From: a bacterium | Lineage (GTDB): Bacteria > Desulfobacterota > DSWW01 | Direction: 5' to 3' | Assembly: GCA_040756235.1 (NCBI GenBank) | Contig: JBFLZG010000137.1 | Coordinates: 1 to 64,000 of the forward strand | DNA: 64,000 bases | Notes under the pieces: model-generated | What the model was told of the DNA's origin: nothing | The model's input: only the letters and a program-made list of their open reading frames with translations | Database searches by the model: none | In this document: piece after piece, positions 1-8,324 of the stretch | Numbering within the stretch: position 1 is the first letter of the stretch | Layout of the letters: each line of letters opens with the position of its first letter | Made by a program: the position numbers and the translations under genes

Positions 1-1130
1 GAAACAAGGTCCAGCAAGGCCGGCGGCAGGGGGATGTTGGTGTCCGAGAGCTTGAGGTTTTCCTCGGGGATGAAGACCGGCTCGTTCCAGAACCAGGCCA
101 GCTCGCTGCGGATCACGACGTCCAGGGGAGACTCCCAATAGTTGACCGAGGCGCCGGTGATCTGCACGTCCGGCCAGCTTAGCTCCTGCCAGGCGTCGGT
201 CGGGCTCAGCAGCGCGGGCAGATCGGGGGTCACTGCGACCCGTGCAGCCGGCGTGTCCAGAAAGGTGCTGTAGTGCGCCAGGGCGACGTTCAGGCCGCCT
301 CCCAGGATGCCCATGACCCGGGCGCCCCAGCGGCTGCTCGACATCTCCCGCTCCGGGGTGAGCACCCGCATGGCCAGGGGCGAGGCCGGCGCCGGCGGTG
401 CGTAGGGCGAACCCGCCGGCGTCAGCGGGGAAACGTGCGCGTCCAGTTGGCCGGGAACCCAGAAGCCCTCGATGGTCAGCGTGGACACCGGGCCGATCGT
501 ACCCAGGTTGTAGCTGCTCCGTATCATCCACAGAGGCATGCGGCGATCGTCCAGGTCCTCGAAAGGCCCGCCGAAGGTGTTGTCGAGCGGATTGATGTAG
601 TCCAGGAGCCGGAAGATGTCGGTCTCGCCCCAGGCCAGGTTCTGCTTGCCGAGACGCACGAAGAACGGCCCCCTGGAAAGGTCGGCGTAGAGCTCCCAGA
701 GATCGTAGCTCTGCTTGAACTCGTCGAAGTTCTCCGGGTCCCGCTCCCGGGCGCGCTGGAACATCTCGGGCCCGTAATCGTAGATCCCTTCATACAGAAA
801 GCGGGCGGCCAGGTGGTACTTGGCATTGAGGCCCAGAAGCCGCAGCGGGAACAGGACGTCGAGATGCTCTCTCAGGTACTCCAGGTTGTGGTCGACCTCG
901 ATCAACACGAGATTGCGGTGCTGCACGAGGTCGCCCGCCGACACGTCCGGTGAGGTGAACCCCTCGGCGTCATTGAGGCGTATCGACGCGCGTGTCTGCG
1001 CTTTCCCGACGAACTCGAGGGTCTGTTTTTCGTCGAGATAGAAGGCCCCGGCCGCTGCCGGCAAAAGCGCCAGGCAGAAAAGCGCGATTGCGAGAGCACC
1101 TCCCGGTTTCCCGATCTTCTCTCTTTTCAT
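1..1130 (-). CDS. DUF1302-like outer-membrane beta-barrel protein (runs off the left edge)
   Basis: Translated by hand (absent from the ORF track because it has no stop in the window): MKREKIGKPGGALAIALFCLALLPAAAGA signal peptide, then LWELYADL..RLGKQNLAWGETDIFRLLDYINPLD, typical of DUF1302-type barrels. Confidence 0.7.
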   Translation of the reverse strand, partial: MKREKIGKPGGALAIALFCLALLPAAAGAFYLDEKQTLEFVGKAQTRASIRLNDAEGFTSPDVSAGDLVQHRNLVLIEVDHNLEYLREHLDVLFPLRLLGLNAKYHLAARFLYEGIYDYGPEMFQRARERDPENFDEFKQSYDLWELYADLSRGPFFVRLGKQNLAWGETDIFRLLDYINPLDNTFGGPFEDLDDRRMPLWMIRSSYNLGTIGPVSTLTIEGFWVPGQLDAHVSPLTPAGSPYAPPAPASPLAMRVLTPEREMSSSRWGARVMGILGGGLNVALAHYSTFLDTPAARVAVTPDLPALLSPTDAWQELSWPDVQITGASVNYWESPLDVVIRSELAWFWNEPVFIPEENLKLSDTNIPLPPALLDLV

Positions 1131-1202
1131 CGTCCCCCCCTGACGGCGGCCGCAGGCCGCCCTTTGCCGCAATCCCGGAATGGTTCGCGCGGCCCTGCCC
1201 CG

Positions 1203-1532
1203 TCAGACGTCCGCGCCGGCCCGCGACCCCATCCGTTCGACGGTGTTCCACGAGAGGGCCGTGCTGAACGCGACGCGCGCGGACGCACAGAGCGCATGGA
1301 TGGCCCCCAGTAGAACCTTGCCCGTATCGGAGGCCAGGTAGCGATCGAGACCCTTGCGCGTCTCCCACTCGAGGACCAGAAGGAATGCGTTCTCGTTTGC
1401 CAGCTCACCATACACGCGGCAGCGGATGCATCCCTTTACGCCTCGTGTCGGCTGAACAAGCGCGCCGAATGCCTGCAACAGCTCCTTGCGCTTGCCGGGA
1501 TGGGTCTCCAGCTCGAGGACGGCGACGATCAC
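1203..1532 (-). CDS. ABM (antibiotic biosynthesis monooxygenase)-domain protein
   Basis: 109 aa; HPGKRKELL..TRGVKGC..FLLVLEWET pattern of the dimeric alpha/beta-barrel ABM family. Confidence 0.75.
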   Translation of the reverse strand: MIVAVLELETHPGKRKELLQAFGALVQPTRGVKGCIRCRVYGELANENAFLLVLEWETRKGLDRYLASDTGKVLLGAIHALCASARVAFSTALSWNTVERMGSRAGADV

Positions 1533-1600
1533 GTCAGGCGTACCTCCCGGGGCCCGCCGTCAGCCACGGCCGTTGACGGCTGGGTTGCCGTTGGACGATC

Positions 1601-1615
1601 TCAAGAAGCGTGCCA
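1601..1615 (-). promoter_or_regulatory. Candidate sigma54 promoter for the ABM/DUF1302 genes
   Basis: Minus strand TGGCAC-GCTTC-TTGA; correct -24/-12 spacing with -12 GA instead of GC. Confidence 0.55.
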
Positions 1616-1716
1616 GGCGGCTCCTGTCGGAGAAAGACTCAAATTCGGCTGGGATTCCCTGCAGTTCTGGGGTCCTTGCGTGCTTGCGGCCGAACCCGTG
1701 CGAAGCAGCACGACTC

Positions 1717-1748
1717 GCAACATTTGGCGGGACTGCGAAATGCTGCGG
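1717..1748. promoter_or_regulatory. Candidate enhancer (UAS) 1
   Basis: GCAACATTTGGCGGGACTGCGAAATGCTGCGG, 23/32 identical to 4250-4281; imperfect CAACAT..ATG(C/T)TG dyad about 100 bp from the sigma54 site. Confidence 0.5.
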
Positions 1749-1777
1749 GAGCATCACGGTAGAGACTCGGTGGAGCA

Positions 1778-3955
1778 TCACAGAGGGGACGAGGATCTCC
1801 GAATGCCGAGCTTTCGCATCCGAAAGCGGAGCGTGGAGGGATTCAGGTCGAGCGCCCGAGCGGCGCCGTTCGCGCCGTCGATCTTCCAGTTGGTCTCCTG
1901 CAGGACCCCGATGATGTGCTCCCGCTCCGCCCCTGCCAGGCTCCTCGGCCGCGGGCCGCGCCGCGGAGCGGGTGCGGTGGCCGGGAAGTCCAGGAGCTGG
2001 AGGGCGGGGCCCTGGGTGCGGATGACCGCACGCTCGATCACGTTCTGCAGCTCTCTCACGTTCCCTGGCCACGGGTATTCCTGCAGGGCCTTGAGAACGC
2101 TCGAAGGGATCTGCGGGACGGACTTCCCGTACTTCGAGGCGAACCGGCCCACGAACCAGCGCACCAACAGCGGGATGTCCTCCTTCCTCTGGCGCAGGGG
2201 CGGTACCGTTACCGGAAAGAGGCTCAGCCTGTACCAGAGATCTTCCCGGAACCGGCCGCGCTGGACCTCGGCTTCGAGATCGCGGTTGGAGCACGCCAGG
2301 ACCCGCACGTCGACCTTGAGGGTCGAGGAGCTTCCCAGGCGTTCGAACTCGCCCTCCTGGAGCACCCGGAGCAGCTTGGCCTGCGCCTCCAGGGGCAGCT
2401 CGCCGATCTCGTCCAGCAGCAGTGTCGTACCGTTTGCGATCTCGAACCGGCCCAGGCGGCGGGCGTCGGCCCCGCTGAAGGCCCCCTTTTCGTGCCCGAA
2501 CAGCTCACTCTCGAGCAGGTTGGACGGCAGGGCGGCGCAGTTCACCTTGACCAGAGGCCGCCCCTTGCGGGAGCTGGCGTTGTGGATCGCCCTGGCAACG
2601 AGCTCCTTGCCCGTTCCGGTCTCGCCCAGGACGAGCACGGTCGCATCGGTGGGGGCGATCTGCTCCACCTTGAAGAGCACGTAGCGGAGGGCGTTGCTCC
2701 GGCCGACGAATTCCTCATAGTTGTGTTCGAGCTTGATCTCCTCCTGCAGGTAGTCGCAGTCCGCACGCAGCTGCTCCCTCAGGCGGTCGATTTCGGAGAA
2801 GGCCCCGCGGAGCTCGAGCTCGTTCCGTGCCCGGATCAGCGCATTGGCGAAGACCTCGCCCAGCAGCCGCAGGCGCTGGATCAGCGTTTCGGGCCAGGTC
2901 CGCTCGGTCCGGAGCGAGTCAAAGGACAGGCCTCCCACGACTTCTCCGCCGATCGACAGGGGAATGGCCACGGCGCTGCGGATGCCCTCCCGCAGGACCA
3001 GACGCTTCAGGCGCGAGGCGTCCTCCGGGAGTTGCTCCGGGTCTGAGAAGAAGACAGGCTTTCCACCCAACAGGCGCTGCGCCACCCAGGCGATCTCCCG
3101 CTCGAGGTGGGCCACCGTACGCGGCGCCCCTGCCCGGGCCCATGCGTGCGTGAGCCCGTAGCCGGACTTCTGGTCGCCGGTCTGGAACAGACTCCCTCGG
3201 TCCACGTCCAGGAATTCGACCACCCGCCGGAGGCCGGACTCGATCTCCCGATCGATCTCGGAGGCCGGAAGGTTGACGAAGCGCGCCGAAATCTCGAGCA
3301 GCAGCTGCTCGAACTGCAACCTTTCCGCGAGCGCCTCGTCCATCTCCTTGCGCTTCAAAGCGTTGGCGAAGATCTCCCCGACCAGCCGCAGTCTCTGGAT
3401 CAAGGGGTCGGGCCAGGACCGCTCCGTCTGCAGGGAATCGAAGGAGAGGGCCCCCACGATCGCTCCGCCCACCGACAGGGGAATGGCCAGGCCGGAGCGG
3501 ACTCCTTCCCGCGCGAGCAGCTCTTTTTCCCGCGCCGCCTCTTCGGGCAGGTCCTCGAGTCGGGAGAACCAGTGCGGCCGGCCGGACATGATGCGCTCGG
3601 CAATCCACGGAATCTCACTGACCGGGAACCCCGGAGCCTGCTTCTGGCCCGGCGCGGACCACGAGTGGGTGAGGGCGTACGTATCGCGGCTCCCGGCCGG
3701 CTGAAACAGGTTCGCCCGGCTGATCCCGAGGAACTCGACCAGACGCTGCAGGGCGCGGGTGATCTCCTGATCGATGTCGTGGGCGGCCAGGCTCACGAAC
3801 CGGGCGGACAGATCGAGCAGGAGCGCCTCGAATGCCAGCGCCTCCTCGAGGTTGATGTCCGCACGGCGGCTGCGGGCCAGACGGCCGGCGCCGGCAGGCG
3901 CCGCCGGCCGTCTTCTTGCCCGAGCGCGTTCGGGCGGCCTGGAGACTCGTTCCAT
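1778..3955 (-). CDS. Sigma54-dependent activator (FhlA-like): two tandem GAF domains, AAA+ domain, Fis HTH
   Basis: GETGTGKE Walker [45 protein letters not shown]; duplicated GAF units. Start moved to ATG 3955 because the longer ORF reads through a repeat element. Confidence 0.92.
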   Translation of the reverse strand: MERVSRPPERARARRRPAAPAGAGRLARSRRADINLEEALAFEALLLDLSARFVSLAAHDIDQEITRALQRLVEFLGISRANLFQPAGSRDTYALTHSWSAPGQKQAPGFPVSEIPWIAERIMSGRPHWFSRLEDLPEEAAREKELLAREGVRSGLAIPLSVGGAIVGALSFDSLQTERSWPDPLIQRLRLVGEIFANALKRKEMDEALAERLQFEQLLLEISARFVNLPASEIDREIESGLRRVVEFLDVDRGSLFQTGDQKSGYGLTHAWARAGAPRTVAHLEREIAWVAQRLLGGKPVFFSDPEQLPEDASRLKRLVLREGIRSAVAIPLSIGGEVVGGLSFDSLRTERTWPETLIQRLRLLGEVFANALIRARNELELRGAFSEIDRLREQLRADCDYLQEEIKLEHNYEEFVGRSNALRYVLFKVEQIAPTDATVLVLGETGTGKELVARAIHNASSRKGRPLVKVNCAALPSNLLESELFGHEKGAFSGADARRLGRFEIANGTTLLLDEIGELPLEAQAKLLRVLQEGEFERLGSSSTLKVDVRVLACSNRDLEAEVQRGRFREDLWYRLSLFPVTVPPLRQRKEDIPLLVRWFVGRFASKYGKSVPQIPSSVLKALQEYPWPGNVRELQNVIERAVIRTQGPALQLLDFPATAPAPRRGPRPRSLAGAEREHIIGVLQETNWKIDGANGAARALDLNPSTLRFRMRKLGIRRSSSPL

Positions 3956-4012
3956 GCTCCCGTCCCCCGCAAAGTGTGGCCATGACCGGCAGTACCCGCC
4001 CCGCTCTAAATA

Positions 4013-4210
4013 GAGCCTGTCCCAAAACGCCCATCTGCGGCGCCTGTTGCGAGCGAAGCGAAGCAATCCCCACGGCCCTGCTGCGGCATCAGCTGTGGCC
4101 GGGAGTTTCCTCGTCGCTGCCGCTCCTCGGAACAAGCCTCGGGATTTCGCGCGCCTTGCATCTGGGCATTTTTGACCAGGCTCTCGAATTAGAGCTTTTG
4201 GGACAAGCTC
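4013..4210 (+). mobile_element. MITE-like element, copy A
   Basis: Terminal inverted repeats GAGCCTGTCCCAAAA / TTTTGGGACAAGCTC; flanked by a perfect TAAATA direct repeat (4007-4012, 4211-4216). Confidence 0.8.
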
Positions 4211-4249
4211 TAAATACCACAGGCCAACGGCCGGCAACAACATTCTTCC

Positions 4250-4281
4250 TCAACATTCTGCGGGAACGTCACATGTTGCGG
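4250..4281. promoter_or_regulatory. Candidate enhancer (UAS) 2
   Basis: TCAACATTCTGCGGGAACGTCACATGTTGCGG; CAACAT..ATGTTG dyad; similar to 1717-1748. Confidence 0.5.
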
Positions 4282-4376
4282 CCAGGGGGCAGGCATGCCG
4301 ATCTCAGGCTCGGCTCCCCGGAGCGGAACCTGCAGCCCGATCAACCCGTTCCCCGAGCCGGACGGCAACGGCGCTG

Positions 4377-4391
4377 TGGCACGACTCTTGT
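4377..4391 (+). promoter_or_regulatory. Candidate sigma54 promoter
   Basis: TGGCAC-GACTC-TTGT about 50 bp upstream of ATG 4439. Confidence 0.55.
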
Positions 4392-4438
4392 TTGAAGCGG
4401 TTGACGGTCGGTCACCCTTTGCCAAAGAGAAGACGGAA

Positions 4439-5122
4439 ATGCCCAGAAAGGGAGCGAGCGTTTTCACGGTGCTCTTCGGCCTTGTCTCCGGTATGGCGGG
4501 CACCCTCGCGGTGCTTGCATGGCTGCCGCACGTGGAGCTGCCGGCCATCGAGCCTGTATTTCAGGAGTCGTCGGAAGGAGGATCGGTGGAATCGCTGTTC
4601 ATCGACCTGCCCGGGCAAAGGGTCGCGGTCACCCACTGCGGGACGGTGCCGTTGGCCCTGCTTCCGCCCGAGATCCCGCGCCTGTCAGAGCCGGGTCTGA
4701 GCGGGAGCGTGGCGACTCTGGCAAGTGTGCGCAACGGAAGGGGAGAGGTTGTCGGCTTTGCCGCCGAGCTGGAGATCCGCCCGAAAGAAGACCTTCTCGG
4801 AGGAGACCCCGAGTGGGACACGGACTGGGTCGTTGTGCTCCCGGGCCGGGGCACTCTATACCTGCACCAGACCGAGCGCTCGCGAGAGCTCGGCCGGGAG
4901 ATCATGGCGCCCACCCTGGCCTCGGGACTGCCCTGGCAGGGAGACCGGTCCGTTCAGATGACTTCCGGGCCCCTCGCGAACGGCAGGGGAGCGATTCTCG
5001 GCGGGACGGGCGATTTCGAGACGGCAACCGGCTCTTTCGTCGAAATCGACCGCGTCACGGGGTTCCTGCCTCAGGGCGTGCTCGTCGGCACGGTGGAGCT
5101 GCGTATCCAGAGGGAGAGCTGA
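4439..5122 (+). CDS. Membrane-anchored hypothetical protein, dirigent/allene-oxide-cyclase-like, paralog 1
   Basis: N-terminal hydrophobic helix; C-terminal GAILGGTGDFETATGSF motif; clear paralog of the next gene. Confidence 0.7.
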   Translation: MPRKGASVFTVLFGLVSGMAGTLAVLAWLPHVELPAIEPVFQESSEGGSVESLFIDLPGQRVAVTHCGTVPLALLPPEIPRLSEPGLSGSVATLASVRNGRGEVVGFAAELEIRPKEDLLGGDPEWDTDWVVVLPGRGTLYLHQTERSRELGREIMAPTLASGLPWQGDRSVQMTSGPLANGRGAILGGTGDFETATGSFVEIDRVTGFLPQGVLVGTVELRIQRES

Positions 5123-5809
5123 ATGAGCAAGGCAATCCGGGTCATCTTCTTGTGGGTGGCGGGCCTGCTCGGCGGCGTCCTGCTGGCGTGCGCTGCCGTA
5201 TACTTCTTTCCGTATGCTCACGTGTCCAGGGCCGAACGGATGCTGGCCGCACCCGAAAGCTGCGCGTCGCGGGCGGAATCGTTCTTCATGGAGATCCCCG
5301 GCAATATCGTCGCCGCCACGCACGGAGGCAGCTTTCCCTTTGATCCCTTCCCGCCCGGAATGGCCCTCCTGGGGGATCCGGCGCTGGCGAGCGGCCTGGC
5401 GGTGCTCACGAAGCTCCGCGACGCCCGAGGCGAGGTCATCGGCTTTGCCACCGAGCTCGAAACGATTTCCCCGCAGAGCAGCCTGCTGCGCGGCCTTCTC
5501 ATGACCGACACGTACTGGTCTCTCATCCTGCCGGGCAGAGGTACCGTGCACCTTTACCAGACCGAGAACAACTGGAAATTCGTGAAGAAGGTCGTGCTGC
5601 CCGCTGTGCTGAAAAGAAGCCCCTGGTCGGGAAACTGGCCCGACCTTCACACCCACGGCCCGGGGACCGATGGTCGCGGGCGCATCGTGGGCGGTTCGGG
5701 TGAGTTCCGGGGAATCAGCGGCTCTTTTGTCGAGATCGGAACCACGAGAAGTTTCTCGCCGGACGGCGGACTGGCCGGCGAAATCGAGCTGCGGCTATGT
5801 TACGAGTGA
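5123..5809 (+). CDS. Membrane-anchored hypothetical protein, dirigent/allene-oxide-cyclase-like, paralog 2
   Basis: Abuts the previous stop; shares RGEVIGFAxELE, LPGRGTxxLxQTE and RIVGGSGEFRGISGSFVEI with paralog 1. Confidence 0.7.
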   Translation: MSKAIRVIFLWVAGLLGGVLLACAAVYFFPYAHVSRAERMLAAPESCASRAESFFMEIPGNIVAATHGGSFPFDPFPPGMALLGDPALASGLAVLTKLRDARGEVIGFATELETISPQSSLLRGLLMTDTYWSLILPGRGTVHLYQTENNWKFVKKVVLPAVLKRSPWSGNWPDLHTHGPGTDGRGRIVGGSGEFRGISGSFVEIGTTRSFSPDGGLAGEIELRLCYE

Positions 5810-5827
5810 GCGCCCGAGTAAAGCCTC

Positions 5828-6445
5828 CTACCGGTATTCCACGGTGAGTAGCGGGGCCCTGCTCTCCGACTCGTCATCCAGCTCCACGAATCCTGCGGCT
5901 CCCGGTACGAAATCGAGCAGAAAGCGCAACTGCAGGTCCGACAAACCTTGAACCTGGGCTTCCCTCATCAGCGAGGTGACTTCGATCAGGACGTAGCTGT
6001 TGATGTCCGATCGAAAAAAGTCGAAGGGCGCCCGGCTCGCAATGGGAGCGGAATCAAAGTCGTCGGGTGTCAGGCCGGTGATCGGGAACGAGACCATCTC
6101 CAGCAGCGTCGGGACCGCCGAAAAGCCGAAGCCGTATTCCACGTCATTTACATAGACCTCGACGTCCGCCACGAGGATCTCGGCTTCCAGGGGAACGGCC
6201 CCGAGCGGGAAATCCACGAACGCCCGGAATTCCGTGCCGTCAGGATCGATCCCGAAAAGGAGATTGCCTGTAGAGGAGGCTTGCGAGACCTGGTAGGTGC
6301 CTTCGAGCGTCAAGCCGATGTCTCCATCCGCGCCGGGGTCGCTCAGGATATCGACCAGGAACACCTCGTCGTCATCGTCGTCGCCGCAGCCGGCCAGGAT
6401 CGCCAGCAGGCCTATGATGATCCCCAGGGTCCGAAGCTTTCCCAT
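5828..6445 (-). CDS. Acidic lipoprotein of unknown function
   Basis: Lipobox LAG-C followed by GDDDDDE; beta-rich body. Confidence 0.75.
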   Translation of the reverse strand: MGKLRTLGIIIGLLAILAGCGDDDDDEVFLVDILSDPGADGDIGLTLEGTYQVSQASSTGNLLFGIDPDGTEFRAFVDFPLGAVPLEAEILVADVEVYVNDVEYGFGFSAVPTLLEMVSFPITGLTPDDFDSAPIASRAPFDFFRSDINSYVLIEVTSLMREAQVQGLSDLQLRFLLDFVPGAAGFVELDDESESRAPLLTVEYR

Positions 6446-6509
6446 GACCCGCATCTCCTTGTCTTTGTGCGTTTGCCTTACCAGCAGGGCGGTTCTTCAA
6501 AAGAGAAGG

Positions 6510-6533
6510 GTAGGGGCGACCGGCCGGTCGCCC
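6510..6533 (+). repeat. GTAG-type REP-like palindrome
   Basis: GTAGGGGCGACCGGCCGGTCGCCC; partial copy at 44165-44181. Confidence 0.65.
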
Positions 6534-6535
6534 GT

Positions 6536-8134
6536 CTAGCGTCTTTCTCTGCTCTTCTCGCTGCTCCTCCCCCGGTCGCCGTTCCCGCTCGCGCTCCTGG
6601 ACTCGGTTCTTTGCTCGGCATCCGGTCGAGAGGGCGGGCCTTTCCGGAAAATGCCCAGTCCGCGCTCCCTGTTGACGATGGGCGGGTCAGGGATCTTCAC
6701 CTGCTCGGGCCTGCTCGGGCCGGCGTCGCGCGGCGGAACATACGTGGGCTTGCGTTCCGCCGCCGGCGTGCCGGTCGGCTCTCTCCGTTCGGCCGAGGGC
6801 GGCGCCTGGCTCTTGCGCTCCCTCTGTCGGCTCTCCGACTCCGCACGCTCGGGCGACTGCGGCACCGTCACGGACGTCTTGCGCTCCCGGGCCGGCTCGG
6901 CAGTGCGGGGCGCGCCCGCCGAGACGGACTCCCATTGCCTCCGCTCGGCCCCGAACGTGCGTACCTCGGTTGCCTCGGTGGAGAGCTTCTGGCGCGCTGT
7001 GTCCTTGACCTGCTTGAACTTGACGGGGCTCTGCTTGTCCGAGGCGACCCTGCTCAGCGGCGCGGCCACCTGGATTTCCCCTCGCCTGGCCTCGGGCATC
7101 CTCGACTGTCGCGCCTCCATCTCGCGGTAGGTCCGCGGCGGACGGAGCTCCGGCTCGACACGTCGGCGCTCGTATTCGCGCCGCTCGTGCCGATCCCATT
7201 CAGGCTCGACCCTGACGTGGTGCCAGCGATCATGCTCGTAAATCGGGTCGTACCAGGTGTGGTGCTTTCTGCACTCGTAGCGCGGAAAGATGCCGAGTCG
7301 GACATAGACGTCGTCGTGGTAATCGCCGTAGTAGTAGTGGCTGTAGCGCGGATGGGTGAACAAACTGAATTGGAACATGCCGAGGTCTACGACGACGCTG
7401 AGTGAATAAGAAAACCCCACCTGCATATACACGGGCCTCGGGATGTAGATCGGAGCGAACAACACGCCGCGGCGAGGTATCGAGTGGTCCCAGTGTCCCA
7501 CGACGAAGACGTAGCCCCGCGGCGTCCAGACGTAGTGGGACGGCGCCCAGACCCACTCCGGTTGGGCCACCACCCAGTAACCGGGCCTCCAGACGTAACG
7601 GCTTTGATACCAGTACCAGCAAGGGGGCACCCAGATATTGTCCGGCATGGGCGGAGGTCCGGGCGGCTGCACGTCCTCGATGGACGGCGGGGCCGGCAGA
7701 TACTCGATCTGCTCGACGTTGGCCACCGGCGCCCAGAAACCGGGCACCCACTCCCAGCCTTCGTCCGTCCGGTACCAGTAACCCGGCACCCAGTACCTGT
7801 TGGGAGGTGCGGCGCGCCAGCACCCGCTGATCCAGATGTAGCCGTTTCGTTCCGCGTCCCAGCCCCAGTAGCCGGGCACCCACACGTACTGGTGGCCTGC
7901 AGGTCTTTCCGCGGGCGGGTTCTCCACGATGTCGGGCGGCGGCTCGGTCGGGGCCACGAGGCCCTTCTGGACCTGCAAGTCGACCGGTCCGGCAAAGGCT
8001 TCGTGCATCGGGCCGCGGGTCAGGACCTCGGGTTGCTCCTGGGGCGGCGTCGGCGGGGGCTGTGCGGCGTCCTGGGCATGGAGCGGACCGGCTGCGAGAG
8101 CCATCGCTATTGCGAGCACAATGGCGGTCTTCAT
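6536..8134 (-). CDS. Secreted YXWGXW (WxxGxW)-repeat protein with a long charged, low-complexity tail
   Basis: Signal peptide; repeated WVPGYW/WISGCW/WRPGYW; Arg/Glu/Pro-rich C-terminus. Confidence 0.85.
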   Translation of the reverse strand: MKTAIVLAIAMALAAGPLHAQDAAQPPPTPPQEQPEVLTRGPMHEAFAGPVDLQVQKGLVAPTEPPPDIVENPPAERPAGHQYVWVPGYWGWDAERNGYIWISGCWRAAPPNRYWVPGYWYRTDEGWEWVPGFWAPVANVEQIEYLPAPPSIEDVQPPGPPPMPDNIWVPPCWYWYQSRYVWRPGYWVVAQPEWVWAPSHYVWTPRGYVFVVGHWDHSIPRRGVLFAPIYIPRPVYMQVGFSYSLSVVVDLGMFQFSLFTHPRYSHYYYGDYHDDVYVRLGIFPRYECRKHHTWYDPIYEHDRWHHVRVEPEWDRHERREYERRRVEPELRPPRTYREMEARQSRMPEARRGEIQVAAPLSRVASDKQSPVKFKQVKDTARQKLSTEATEVRTFGAERRQWESVSAGAPRTAEPARERKTSVTVPQSPERAESESRQRERKSQAPPSAERREPTGTPAAERKPTYVPPRDAGPSRPEQVKIPDPPIVNRERGLGIFRKGPPSRPDAEQRTESRSASGNGDRGRSSEKSRERR

Positions 8135-8324
8135 TCGATTTCCCCCTCCGTAAAAAAGAAAGCATGAGCCGCCCGCGCGCCCGATGGCGGACCGATTCGC
8201 GGGCGGTCCTGGCGTGGCTGGACCGGCGTGGCATTTCGGCGGCCGGAATTCTATCAGCTCTGTGCGGAAATTGCACCAGAATAAGGTCGGGCAGGAGCGG
8301 CTCGGATGAGCGCGCGCAGGCTCC

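Noticed and set aside
3956..4243. N-terminal extension of the 821-aa activator ORF
   Set aside because: It reads through MITE copy A; the same RRRWAFWD peptide appears in ORFs over other copies, so ATG 3955 is preferred
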